Assembly: GCA_029717555.1 (NCBI GenBank)
Contig: JAMDHS010000011.1
Span: 186,001 to 250,000, forward strand
Reading direction: 5' to 3'
Length of the DNA stretch: 64,000 nucleotides
DNA from: Peribolospora baueri
Taxonomy: Eukaryota
Shown: piece by piece, positions 46,311 to 58,761 of the stretch
Position numbering within the stretch: position 1 is the first letter of the stretch
Layout: each line of letters starts with the position of its first letter
Position numbers and translations under genes: made by a program
Notes under the pieces: model-generated
What the model saw: only the letters and a program-made list of their open reading frames with translations
Database searches by the model: none
What the model was told of the DNA's origin: nothing

Positions 46311-49300
46311 ATGCGCAAGTTCTTCTCTCGCCTCTCCGGGTCCTCGTCCAAGGACAAACCCCTTCCCACCCCTCCCGAAAAGCCTCTCCCCGACGTAGAC
46401 TCCGTGCCGTACAATGACGAGTCTCCTCACCTCAACAGCATGCCTGGCTCTTTCCCCACCGGACCCAGAGCGACGGGAGCGAGGACCGGAGGATCGGCCG
46501 TCAAGGCGCTGACCGCCCGATGGGAAGCTATGACCACCGGAAGCAGCGCCGACGCAAAACCGTCCGCCGCCGTACCTCCCAGCGGCTCACCAGCCCAATC
46601 GCCTCAGCCGAACGGTTCTGCTCCGCAGTCTTCGACGTCTCCAGCGACTGCCGCTGCTGAGGCGGAGGGAAACGACACCGAGAAAGGCCAAGCGTCCGGA
46701 GCTGGAACTGCCGGTGCGGCGCAGCCGACGAACACGAAAGAGGTGCGAAGACGGAGCACTGCACCCCCTTCTGCAGCAGCAAATATGTCGTCCGGCGGCA
46801 TCAGGAAAGCGGCAGGAAGGGGCACGAGGGGCGAGGCGTCCGGAAGCAGTGGCAGGACCATGGTGGGCAGCGAGAGCGACAAAGAGGGTCCCGACGGCGG
46901 CAAAGGAGGAGGTGCCAAGGGCAGGGAGGGGAAGCAGGTCGCCTTTGTGTCGCCTGCTGGGACACCTGGTAGGTCATCGTCATTCGTGCACCACTTGCGC
47001 TCGATGTCTGACTTGCATATCTTTTCGCCCCGTCTGGAAACACTCGGATAGACTCGGCATCGCTGCTGTCGTCCTTATCGCACGCACCGATCGGCTGCTC
47101 TTTCCCGCTTACCAGGCCCACTATATCGAGCTCCGCCAAGAGGATCCCGGCACATCCTTCCGCTCCTCCTCGGCCAGGCTCCTCTTTGTCCGGTTCCATG
47201 TCCCACAACGCCGCTCAATCCCCCTCCGTCTCCAGTCGAGGGGGCCCCGGCACAAAAGGTGACAAGGACAAAGACGGTCGCCCGACCGTGAGTCGCCCGA
47301 CATCGTCGCCTTCCGCGCAGGCTTCGACGCTCGTCACCAGTGGACCATACCCGCTCTCAGGTCCCGGTCCCATCTCCACGCACAGCTTGACTCTCCATCT
47401 GTCCCATTCCCATGGGGACGAGTTCAGCCACCTTCCCAATTCAATTCCGTTTGCTTCCTCTTCCCTTCGCTCCTCCAGTCCACTCTCCTTCCAGAGTGCT
47501 GGTGGAGGAGCAGCGAGTGCCGGTGCGATTCCCGGCAGTGGAATGGGCTCGACTGCCGTCGGAGGGCCAAGATGGATCAGTCCCAGCCTTGGCGCAGCGG
47601 TAGCAGTTGTGCACTCCTCCAGTCAGTACCAAAATCAAGAGCAGCACTACCAGCAACGTCAGCAGAGCGGCGACCCGCAAATCAATTCCAACGGCGTCCG
47701 ATTCGCCTCTGGAGCACCGCTCAATGAGTCTTTGGGTTCGGCTTCCACCAGTTCGCCCACCAATATTGGCAGTTGGAGCTGGTCAGAGATGACCGAGGAG
47801 GACCTGGTCATGCACTTGGGCCCGAGGGAGAGGACGAGGCAGGAGGTGCTGTGGGAGATTGTAGCGAGTGAGGAGAGGTGCGTCATCGGATTTGGTATCT
47901 CTCGCTTTCATGGTCATCCTCTCCTTTCACAATATTTTCGTCGTTTGCGACAAGGCCACCGCTGATGTGTCTTTGTCTCCTCTTCTTCTGTCGAACAGAT
48001 ATGTGGGCGAGCTCGAAAAGGCCAAAGAGCTCTACATCGATCCACTTCTGCACCCCCTCCGCTTTTCTCCTCCCAACTCGCCCATCCCCTCCGGCCCAGA
48101 ACCGGGCTTTCCATCTTCCTCCGCCCATCAGGTCTCCAGCTCGGGAGGATCCGACGGTCAACCGGCGGAGAGCCTTGATCATCTCCCCATCGCCGCCAGA
48201 TTTCTAACCTCTTCGGCCCTCTCTGCAAGTCCGAACATGTACAGGCCCGACTCGTCGGCTAGCTCTCGCGAGGGAGAGAGCGCGGAAGCCGAAGGCCACA
48301 TGAGCACCATTCGCGACCCCGCTTATGCGGCCCAGGGAGGTGGAAAAGGAGGACGGGGTGTGGCGAACAACCTAATAAACGGGAAGAGGGAGAGCAGAGA
48401 CAGAGGTTTCTTCTCTGGCTTAGGAATCACGTGCGTTCGCAGACCTTCCCTCGTGTTTCTGTTTTCCCCCGCTGCACTTTCAATTGCTAGGCCTGCACGT
48501 TGTTAACGTTAAGCTTAGCTTTTCTGCCCACTTTGACAGTCGTGCCTCGCCCAACATGTCGTCAGTCTCTCTCTCGTCTCAGAAAAAGCAGCAGCAGCCG
48601 GCCCCCACGCCATCTCAGTCCACCGCGACCCCACCGCCCTCGTCGACGCCGCCGCATGGCGTCCGCAGTAAGCTCCATAAACGCCGGTCCGTCTCGTCAG
48701 GCCATCAGCACACCCCCTCCGATCTTAACCACTCGCTCTCCCCGCCCCTGCGGGAGGTGCTCGAAGTGCTCTCCTCCGGTCTCGTCGAGGGTCACGCTCT
48801 TCTCTCCGAAGGGCTCAAGAGGAGATACGAAGAGCAGTGGCCGCTCGTGCGCTCCCTTGCGGACATCTTCCTCGAACATGCGGACATACTCAAGAGCTAC
48901 AACACATATGTTCTCGGTCTCGAGGCTGCGTTGAGGGAGGTGGACGCGGCAGTGGAGGCGGCGAGGGGAGGAAAGAAGAAGAGGGGAGAGCTTGAGGAGA
49001 GGCAGAAGTTGGGAAGGGTGATCATGGTGAGCGAGTCGGCCGTCCCATTTGTCTCTTTGTCTGCCCCCTTTCTTTCAAAGCTTGGCTAACCGCAGACTTT
49101 TCGTTCTTTGGGTTTTTACCTTCCTACGCTGCTGGCGTTGGTTTTTCTGGCAGATGCTCGAAGCGAGAGCCTCAGAACGTGGAGAGTGTGGTTTGGCCAT
49201 CTTTCTCTCCAAGCCCTTCCAGCGGCTGCTCAAATATCCGCTCCTGTTCCAGAATTTGCTCTTCCACACCGACCCTAGCACGTACGAGTTTGAGGTGCGC

Positions 49301-50992
49301 TTTTTTCGGTAGTTTTCGGCTCGTCCGTCTTCACTAGGATCAAGTGGCCTCACGATGAGAGCTGACGCTTAATCACACGTCCGTTCTACCGACGACAGAG
49401 CACGGTGGCCATGGTGGCGGAAGTGGAAAGAATCGTGAGGTCGATCGAGGACGAAAAGATGAATGCGGATGAGCGCGACAAGACAAGGGACGCGTTTGCG
49501 CGGATCGAAGGTTTGAAGGACAAGGTGCGCATCTCCATCCCACTCCCTGTCGAAGTGCTCTTCTCTTACGTTGACGAACGTTTTCATTTCCCTCGCTTCG
49601 ACTCGCCAGCGCCTCATGGCTCCTCTCACTACAAGACTTCTCTTGGAAGAGCGGCCTCTGTACGAGGACTCACGGCCCCGAAGAGCTGTGTCAGACGGCC
49701 TACCCAACGAGACATCCAACACTCCACGGCGCTCCCAGCCCACGGTCCTACATGGCACGAACTCGATGATGAAGGACAAGCGCTCGTTCAGGCGCCTCAG
49801 CGACTTCCTGCAGAGCGAGGGCGGCAACGGCCCGCCTGCGATGGGAAGCAAGCGCGATCTCTGGCTCGTTCGGTTCAACGACGTCGAGTTACGGTGTCAG
49901 CGCGTAGGCATCACAGCACTTCCCATGGCCAGCACGAGCGGTGTCAAGGGCGGCGAAGGAGGGCAAGGGGCCGAAGGTGCGGACGCTCTGGCAGCGCCCG
50001 ATCTGACGACTAAGGAGAGGAAAAAGGAGAGCAAGGACAAGCTCAAGGCGCTGCGCAACAAGACTCTCAAGAGCCGCACTCGCAACCTGTATAAATTCCT
50101 CGCTATCGAGGCTTGGACTCTTCAGGACAGTGACGGTCGGCCTGGTTTGACGAGCATGGAGGACATTGCCCGCAGCCGATCGGGGGCCAATGGAACCATC
50201 TTACAAAGCCCGGCAGAGGAGGAGGAGAGCGAGAGCGATGACGACGGCGTGGTTGCCGGCGATGGGTGGACTCGTCAGCGGCACAGCAAGATGAGCTTCT
50301 CTTACGGAGGGCATGACAAGATCGAGCCCCGTCAGCCGCCTTTCGACCCCGCCGCGCTCGTGCCGTCGCGCTCTCCCGCCAACGCAAGCGCTGGCGGTCC
50401 GCACACGCGACCGCCCGGTGCCACTCGACCGCGGTCCAACTCGAAGGACGCCCGCGACTTTGGCCCCGGTATTAGAGACAGAACGTCCACCGGCCCGACG
50501 TCGTCCGCGAGTCCTCCGCCGGCCGCCACGGCCGCCGCCACCGCTGCGCACGCTCGGCGGCAGCAAGACAAGTTCGCAGGCCGTCTCAGAAGCGAGGTCG
50601 GATCGGGGCCCGAGGTACTGCGGGGAGCGAGTCGGCAGAGCTCGACGAGTACGGGAGGCGGCGGAGCCGGCCCTCGTGCGCCAAGCCGGGCGACGACGGC
50701 GACGACAGCGACGATGACCACAACCGACGGCGCTGCTTCATTGGTCGTCGGCGATGCCAGCTCTGTCGCACCCGACTCGGCGACGACAGCGAGCGTGAGG
50801 AGCACGGCGCTGAGCTTGGCGCCTAGCACGATGAGCACCGCCACGGGGGCCAGTCAGAGGACGGCGGGGACGATCAAGGGTCGTCGGATGAGCTCGCCGA
50901 ACGTTCAGGCGGCTCGCACTGCTCTCAGGAGCCCCGGTCCCGGTCCGGCGGACGCCCCTTCGCCTGCGAGGGTCCAGCCGCCGTGGTTGTGA
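46311..50992 (+). CDS. Dbl-homology (DH) Rho guanine nucleotide exchange factor, ~7 exons
   Basis: ERTRQEVLWEIVASEER|YVGELEKAKELYIDPL (DH CR1) and LAIFLSKPFQRLLKYPLLFQNLLFHT (CR3), followed by a PH-like segment (LWLVRFNDVELRC). Confidence 0.87.
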
Positions 50993-51759
50993 GGGGTCCC
51001 CTCCACCATTCGCAACTCTTTTTTTCTTCGCCAGAGATTCTTTAGGATCGTTTCTTCGGTTCGCAAATTCGTATCATACCCGTCTCTTCACCCCGTGTAC
51101 CATTCATTCCTTCGTTTCGGCGCGGGCGACGACGGCCTCAGTCGGTCGTTTGCGTGGTCCGCCTAGGCTAATTCATCTTGATCTTCGTCCTGCCCTCCCC
51201 CCTCTTTAACCTCCCTAACCCCCCGGTCCCGTTCTATCTCTCTCTCTCTCTTTCTCTCTTCTCCGACGACCAGACGGCGTTCGTGTTCGTCCACTACACA
51301 CCACACACCCTCCTCGTTCGTTCGTCGGCCTAGTTCGTTTATTTACCTCGGGCGTTATATCTCCGGGAAAGAATTTCTACCCTTTTTCGTTTTCTGGTTT
51401 TGACGGTTCGGTCGTGACTCGGCCGTAAGAAGGATGAAAAGAGACAATGAGACGAGAGAGAACGTAAAGGAGGCCCATCCATCCATTACGACCGCGGCGT
51501 GGGTTGGCTGGTTCAAGGCGGAGTGGGAGTCGGCGCCTGGCCGATCGATCGATGCCGATGGGGAGGCGGGGCAGCATTAGCAGCAGATGAATGAGGCTTA
51601 AGCGTAGCAAATCGAATGCTCGTACATACATACGTACGTACGTATGTACGAACAAACCGGACGTGGTGTGACGTGACAAGCAAAAGAGACGAGACAAGAC
51701 AAGACGGGCGGGGCGGGACGGGTTGACGAAACCGAAACGGGAAACCGAACCGACGACAC

Positions 51760-51761
<2 letters not shown>

Positions 51762-51790
<29 letters not shown>
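51762..51790. repeat. (GA)n microsatellite in the convergent intergenic region
   Basis: About 14 GA units, flanked by other short tandem motifs (TACG, GTACC, GAAAA). Confidence 0.9.
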
Positions 51791-51793
<3 letters not shown>

Positions 51794-52296
51794 GAAGAAG
51801 AAGTAGGCTTTGCTTCTGCTGCATGCGTACACACATGACCGTACCGTACTGTACCGCACAGCACCGTACTGTACCGTACTGGAAAGAAAAGAAAAGAAAA
51901 AGTAAGAAGAGGGTATGTATGGGAAGATGGAAAGATGATGAAGAAAGTGGAGGGACGACCAGACAGGAGAGGATAGGACAGTACCAGACCAGACGGGACG
52001 AGATGGGGGTGGAACGAAGAGAAAGGAAGAAAGAAAGAAAAAGAAAAAGAAAAGAAAAGGCGAGAGCGGGAGCGAGAGCGAGATGGCGCGGCACACAAGT
52101 GCAACACAGGGCAGCACAGCACACACGTTCGTGGGTTCGTAGGTTCATATCGTAGGGTTCGTAGAGTAAAGGGGAAAGACGGCCGGTCGAACGGAAGACG
52201 AAGGAGATTGGGAAAGGAAGAGAATCGGGCCGTCAAAGAAAAGGTTCCCATGGCGCGAACTTGACTTGGAGAAAAGAAAAAGGAAGAAAAGGAAGA

Positions 52297-55200
52297 CTAC
52301 CGCCGTCGGTGCAGCTCATGGGGGTGCGAATGTGCGTCGATAAAGCTGCCAGCCAAGTTGGGCGTCGTTGGCGTGTTCGGCGCCATGGCCATCGAGCTCG
52401 GGCTGAAAGGTCCTGGAGGACCGCCGGGGACGAGCCCGCCGCCGGGACCGGAGGGACGGAGGGGAGGAGGTGGGCCGGCGCGCATGCCGCCCGGCGTCAT
52501 TGCTCGCGGAGGTCGCCCGCCGGGCGAGAAGGGCCCCCCGGAGCCGAGCGCCTCGACGCTCGGTCTGTGCGCAATCTGCCCATCGTAGCCTCCGCCGGGG
52601 GGACCGAAGGTGGCCTTGTGAGGCGACGTGGTGCTGGTCGGCAGGAAGCCTTGTGCGGACGAAGGCGAGGGCTGACCCATGTGAAAGTACGACGACGACG
52701 GCGACGACGACTGATGCGCGTCGGAGACACCGGAGGAGAGCGAGGGTACCGACGATGGGGGAGCCGTCGACGGCGGGCTTCTTTCGGAGGAGCGAAAGAT
52801 GTTGGAGAAGCGCTTCTTGCCGAGCGTCGACTTGATGTTGAGCGACGCGCTCGGTGGGGCCGGCTGCTGCTGGCCTCGTCGGAAGCGGCTGCCGCCGTCG
52901 CCGGAGACGGAGACGAGGCCGCTGGGCGTGACGCTCCGCACGGCGTCTTGGGTGGCGAGGCCCAGGATGCGGTCCGCCTTGGAGGCAACGGTGCGCTTGG
53001 GGCGGCGGCCGAACTCGGTCTCTTCGTCAAACAGGCTGCCCACCGAACTACCTCCATCGTCGTCCAGACTGCCGTCGTTCTCCGCCGTCGTCGTTCGAGG
53101 CCCAACGGCTGCGGGGCGTTGCCCCTGCTCAGAGCGACTGCGCATGATGTCGTTCGTTTGGGCCGCCGCGGCAGCGCTATGGATCGAGGAGACGGACGAT
53201 GGCTTGGATCCGGCTTGAGCCGGATACGCGCCAGGACGGAAGGACGAAGGGGCGGCGGTTCCCTGCGGCGCGGGAGGGATGGACCCGGCAGGAGGCTCTG
53301 TCCGCTCGGCGGCCTGACCCTGCAAGGTGAGCGACCACCTCCGGGCTTGAGCGGCGGACCGACCGGAAGATTGGGCGACGGAAGAAGAAGTGAGGCCGGA
53401 CGAGGCGAGGCTCTGCCTCGGGTCCGCCTGCTGTGTGGTCCGCTTGTTCGACGACATGACCGCTTTGAGCGCTCTGCGGTCATCCCCGTCGGAGTACGTA
53501 CGTACGGATGGGACGTGATAGAGGGAGAGGGAGAGGGGCAAGGCGAAAGCTTCCGTCAGGATCACTCGCTCAAGACGGGAGGCCGGACCGAAAAAAAGGG
53601 CGTGCAGAGGACTCACCGAACCTGTAAAGCCGTACACCCTCCCAAGCTAGCCATCTCGTACACGCCCACCGCGTTCTTTGCCGCCGTCGCCGCGTCCACA
53701 AACGGCGCTGGCGCTGGCACTGGCGCGGACGTGGACGTGGAAGTGGACGCCTGGGCACGGGCACTGCTGCCAGCAGCGTCCCTGCTGAGCGCGACGTGGG
53801 CGGCGTGGGTGACCCAGTCGCCGAGGTCGACGAGGCTGTACGTTTTGGCGAGGACGAGAAGAGAGGCGAGGACGGAGGGGTGGAGCTGGAGGGGCGTGCA
53901 GAGGGAGAGGGTATGGAGGTACTGCAGGAAGGCGAGCACGACGGGAAGGGGGAGCGGCATCTGTAGGTGTCGCGGCAAAAGCCTTGTGGGCAAGCCGGCG
54001 GTCGGGTCTTTCTCGGTATCGGTGCCGCCGCCGCCGCCGCCGCTGCCGCCATCATCATCGTCGATCAAAATCTCGTCGTCGTCGCCAAGCAGGTCAAGCT
54101 GTTTGGCAGCGGCTTTCGTCTGACGCGCCCAGTCGGCCATCCTGTCCTTGAACCACGGCCAACGATCGATGAGCACCTTTCTGCTCGCTGGCACGCTCCT
54201 GCCGTCCTCGGCGATCACCTCAAAGTCTGCGCCGGCGGCCAAACCAACGGCCCCTTCTCCTCCTCCTCCTCCTCCTGACGATGCGCCCATGCCAAGCCCA
54301 CCGCCGGGCGGAAAGCCGGCGAGGAACTCGAGCGCCCACTCTTCCGCCTCCGCCGCCATCCTCCGCACGGGAGGCTGGTAGATGCCAAAGCTCTCGAGCT
54401 CAACAAAGGCGACGTGCTCAAAGTTGGTCTGGCGGTGGTTGTAGTCCTCCACGAGGTCACGGCCCTTGTGTCCGAGGACGACGAGCCTGTTCCTGCCGGC
54501 CAGCTTGCTCGCCCCCGCCGGTGCGCCGGCCCAGAGGACGCCGCGATTCCAGCTGCCGCTGGCAAAGGTGGAGCCGGCATCGATGCGGGACCATGTGAGG
54601 GTACGGAGGTCGAGGCTCCAGATGCTGAACGTCTGGCTCGTGTTGGCGAGGTAGGTGCCGCAGATGATCATGTGATGACCCAGGATAGCGCCGGTTGGGA
54701 AACGAAGGCCGGGCGGGAGGGCGACGCCGGACATGGATGCCGAACGTTCGGTGATGGTGACAGGGGGGGGGGCGGAAGAGGAGGCGGAGGCGCCGAAGCC
54801 GGGATGGGTGGGCGTGGGAGTGGCAATGTCCGAGGTGGACGGAGACACGCGCCCGCTGGCCGAAGACGGAGGCTGAGTGGTGAGGAAGCGGTTGCCGGTC
54901 GGGGCCGAACCGGCGGCGGGAGTGAAAGCGAGCACCTCGAGCTCGCGCTTGACGTCGGTAAAATTGTAGTTCGAGTAGACGAACACGGGCAGCGGCCGCT
55001 CGGGCTGGGGAGGTACGCTGACGGGCAACCTGGAGAGCGGGGTGGGCAAACGGCCGGGAGCGGTTGCGGAGATGGGGGAGGCGAGAGAGCCGCTGCTGCT
55101 GCCGGGGAGTTGTTGCTGATGGAAAGAGTTTCTGGCATCGCCACCGCCGCCACCGCCGCCACCGCCGCCGGCGGCACCGGACAGAGTCGAAGCGGGCGTG

Positions 55201-56209
55201 GTGAGGGCGGTGATGGAGGAAGAGGAGCCGGTCACCGAGCTGTCCCTCCAGCTCGCGGCGTAGCTGTGACTCGAGCTTGTGGGCGTCTGGGAAGGAACGG
55301 TGCCGGTGCTGGCGGCGCTGTCTCCCCTCGCGCGACCGCTGGCGTTGCTGGCTGCGCCGCTGGCCGAAGCCGCGGCGCTGCCGCTTCTGCTTCTTCTTCC
55401 TCCTCCGTTCACGACACCCAACTGCGAGTCCGATCCATCCTCCATGTGGCCCCCGCCTTGGAGCTCCCACGCGGCGCTGACGGCCAAGCTGCGATAGGAG
55501 CCGCACTGTCTCGGATGGGCGACGGTGTGGATCCATCGTCGAGAGGGGAGGTCAAAGACGTTGATCTCCTCGACGTAAACATTGTTCATGTCCTGTCCGC
55601 CGATGATCACGAGACGGTCCGAGGTGAGTGCGGACAAGTGGGCGTACCGAGGAGGGGGCCTGTAGTCGGGAGAGCCTGGAGGCGGGGATGAGGAGGCGGA
55701 GGGAGGCGAACCAAAGTCCAAGTCCCAGGACTGGGTAGCAAGATCAAAGGCGAGAACCTCGTCCAAGACACAGAGCTCCTCGTTTCCGCCCTCGGCGTAT
55801 CCCATGCCGCCGAAGAAGATGATCTTTTCCTTCCACACGTCGGCGGTGTGGAAGTAGCGGGGCCGAGGTAGACGGGGAGGTGGGGTGGTGGAGCCGTTGG
55901 CGGAGAGGGAAGAAGAAGAAGGTTCGGCGGAGGAAACCTTGCGCCAGAGGAGGTGTTCTAGATCGAGCTCGTAAAGGTCGGCGACCATGCGGCGGGTGCT
56001 GACGAGACGGCCACCGAAGAGGTAGAGCTTGCCTGCGGGGACGATGGTCGTCGATGCGCCCTGCAAGCGAAGGGAAGGGAAAAGAAGTGGGTGGGCGAGA
56101 GGAAGGATGGGAGAGGGAGGCGAGGAGAAGGACATACCACCAAAGGAGGAGGGATGTCTCCGGAGCACTGATGCCAGTGCGAGCTCAAGCTGGCGAGGGA
56201 TGCGTGCAT
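52297..56209 (-). CDS. Kelch-repeat plus BTB-like protein (Ral2/Mds3/Pmd1-like), ~3 exons
   Basis: GDIPPPLV|GASTTIV..KLYLFGGRL, PRPRYFHTADVW..IIFFGGM, PPPRYAHLSAL..LVIIGGQ, PPGLRFPTGAILG, and BTB-like ADFEVIAEDGRSVPASRKVLIDRWPWF...LAFLQYLHT. Confidence 0.85.
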
Positions 56210-58761
56210 GGTGGGCGGGATGGGGAAGGGAGAGGGGACGAAGGAGGAAGAAGGGCGAGGGCCGGGTTAAGGTGGTGGGCGCCTGCCGAACGGTTCTCTC
56301 CGTGTCCGTCCGTCCACGCGTGAGCGAGGCGGAAGTGTACCGGGCGGCAGGGCGAGGGCGGGGAGGAGGGAGAGGTAAGAGGAGAAAGAGAGAAGTGAAG
56401 GGAGGAGACGGAGATGAAGAGGAGAAGGATGGCGGTGGATTGGTGGATCGTCGTCGTGGTCGTGGTCGTGATCGTCGGCGGTCGGTGTTGGCTGGTCGGT
56501 CGAGGGTGAGTGAATGGTATGTGTGCTGGAGGGTGGAGGGAGGCGGAGGTGGTGACGGAGGGAGGCGGGAGGTGGAGCGCGATGAGATGGGCGGTGGGGG
56601 CGGTGGTGGAGAAGGGAGATGGTGGTGAGGGGAAGAAGAGGCGACGAGACTGTCGACCTCGACGGCGGCGACCAAGGCGAAGACTGGAGAGCGACTCGGG
56701 TCGGCACTGCGGCGACAAGACGAGGCGAGGCGAGGCGAGGCGAGGAGGACGATGACGACGACGACGATGATGACGATGACGATGACGATGGAGGTTGGAG
56801 GAGGACGACGAGGACAACAACGACAACAATGACAGCCGCTCCTCTCTCTCACCGACCCGTGACGAGGTGAAAGAAAGAAAGAAAGAAAGAAAGAAAAGAG
56901 GCAAGCAAGGATGGAAGGGAGGAGAACTGGGAGAGAAGGAAAAGAATTCCCTTGTCTTTCTTTCTTTTCCCCTCTCAGCTTCGTTCGCCCTGCGCCCGAA
57001 CCGGCCGGCCGTGCTGAGTGGCTGGCTGCGTGAAGGGACGGACGGGACGGCGTACTCGGCGCGCGTGCGCTCGGACCAGATGCCGGACAGCGTCACAGGC
57101 AAGAGGGAGAGGGAGGGGTAGAAGGGGCGAGAGGATAGGAAAGGAGACGACGACGACGACACACGACACGAAATCAGAAGGACGGTATCGAAACTGATGG
57201 ACACTCTCACTCTCACTACGTTGTCACGCATCGCACCGGAAAGCGGCCGCGGCTCCTGACGCTGGCCGGCCAGCTCTTCGTTCGTTCCTGTATGTCACGC
57301 ACGACGACATGGACGGACATTGGATATGGACATGAACCCACACGGACACGGATATGGGTCGGTCGTGCCTGCGCCCCCGTTCAACCAACCGGTCCCTTGG
57401 TTGGACTTTGAAGCCAGCTATGGCTATTCGTCCTGCCCGGTTCACCCGCTCGTCGTGTCTGTCGTCCACGAAAGAAGAGAGTCGCTCATCACATAGCCGG
57501 ACGGAGGGAGGGACAGACAGGGCTTGAGAGACGGAACAAGACAGAAAGACAGACTGACGCCACCTCAAGCTCCACTCGCCCGTCTGCGCCAACGGCCGAT
57601 GACGAGCGGGAGGAAGGCAAGGCAAGGCAAGCGTAAGTGTTGTTGTCCGCCTCCTCCCTAACCCTCGTCGACCTCTTTTCGATGAAGCCAGGGAGCCACT
57701 TACAACAATCTAATCTACACCTTCGCTCCCATCCCATCTGTCACAACACCCGCTAAGGCACACACCAACACACCACCCACCACTACGCAACGGCGCGGCG
57801 CAGACGGAGGCAAAGGCGGAAGGCGACAGGCGACAGAGGCGAGCGAGGGAAGAAAGAAAGAAAGGAGAGAAAGAAAGACGGCGGCCGTACGTACGTCCAT
57901 CTGTGCGTACGTATCCTTTGCTCGGCTCCACTCCAATCACAAACCTTGTGCCTCGAGCACCAACCAGTGCCTGCCACGTCCGGTCCAGCGCCCAACCAAC
58001 CAACCAACCAACGAACCGAACCAACCGATCTACTCTGCTCGCCTCGCCAACGTCACACGCCCCCTCCCTCCCTCCATCTATCATGAAACCCTGCCAGTAA
58101 TATAGCTTCTGGGATTGGTCAGTACATAGCCAGACTGGACCCAAAAGTGGCCTTCACTGGCTTAGATGGATTGGATTGTGTTTTCCCAAATTCAATCCTC
58201 AACCTCCCTCCCTCACTCCCTCCCTCCCTCCGTGCCTGCTGAAATGCGAATCCGAGCCCTCTTCCTAACCCTACTCCATCCCTTCCGCCGCTCCGTCGTC
58301 TTCGTCGTTGTTGCCAACCCGGAGCGAAAGCAAAGCAAGAGCAAGGTATGGTAGGACGGGCGAAGCGGGGCGACGTGTGTACGCACGCATGTGACCCTGG
58401 CGACAGCGACACAGCGGCACAGCGACACCGTCACCGTCACCGGCACCGTCAGCGTCCGCGCGCAATGATCCCATCTTAGCGGATATATTTCTACACTCGA
58501 CTCGCTCGCTATCCGATAGCTCGTCTTGTCTTGTCGCAAGAGAGACAAGTGCAGTCCAGACAAGACAAAGACGATCCAGTCCTCGTTCTCCGCCGTCCGG
58601 TCTGCCGCGCTGAGAAGGACGCAAGTGAGGGTGCGAAGAAAAGAAAAGAAAAATAAAGACAAAACGTAATAGTACGAGAGCCAAGTACACGAACCAGAGG
58701 AGCAAAGGCGAAGAAGAAGACCACAAAAAACAACAAAAAAAACTGCTCGGAAAACGCTCGC

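Noticed and set aside
52261..55691. Long plus-strand ORFs (620 aa, 425 aa), and similar ones opposite cre1 and the terminal ORF
   Set aside because: Antisense or alternate-frame shadows of GC-rich coding exons with no domain features.
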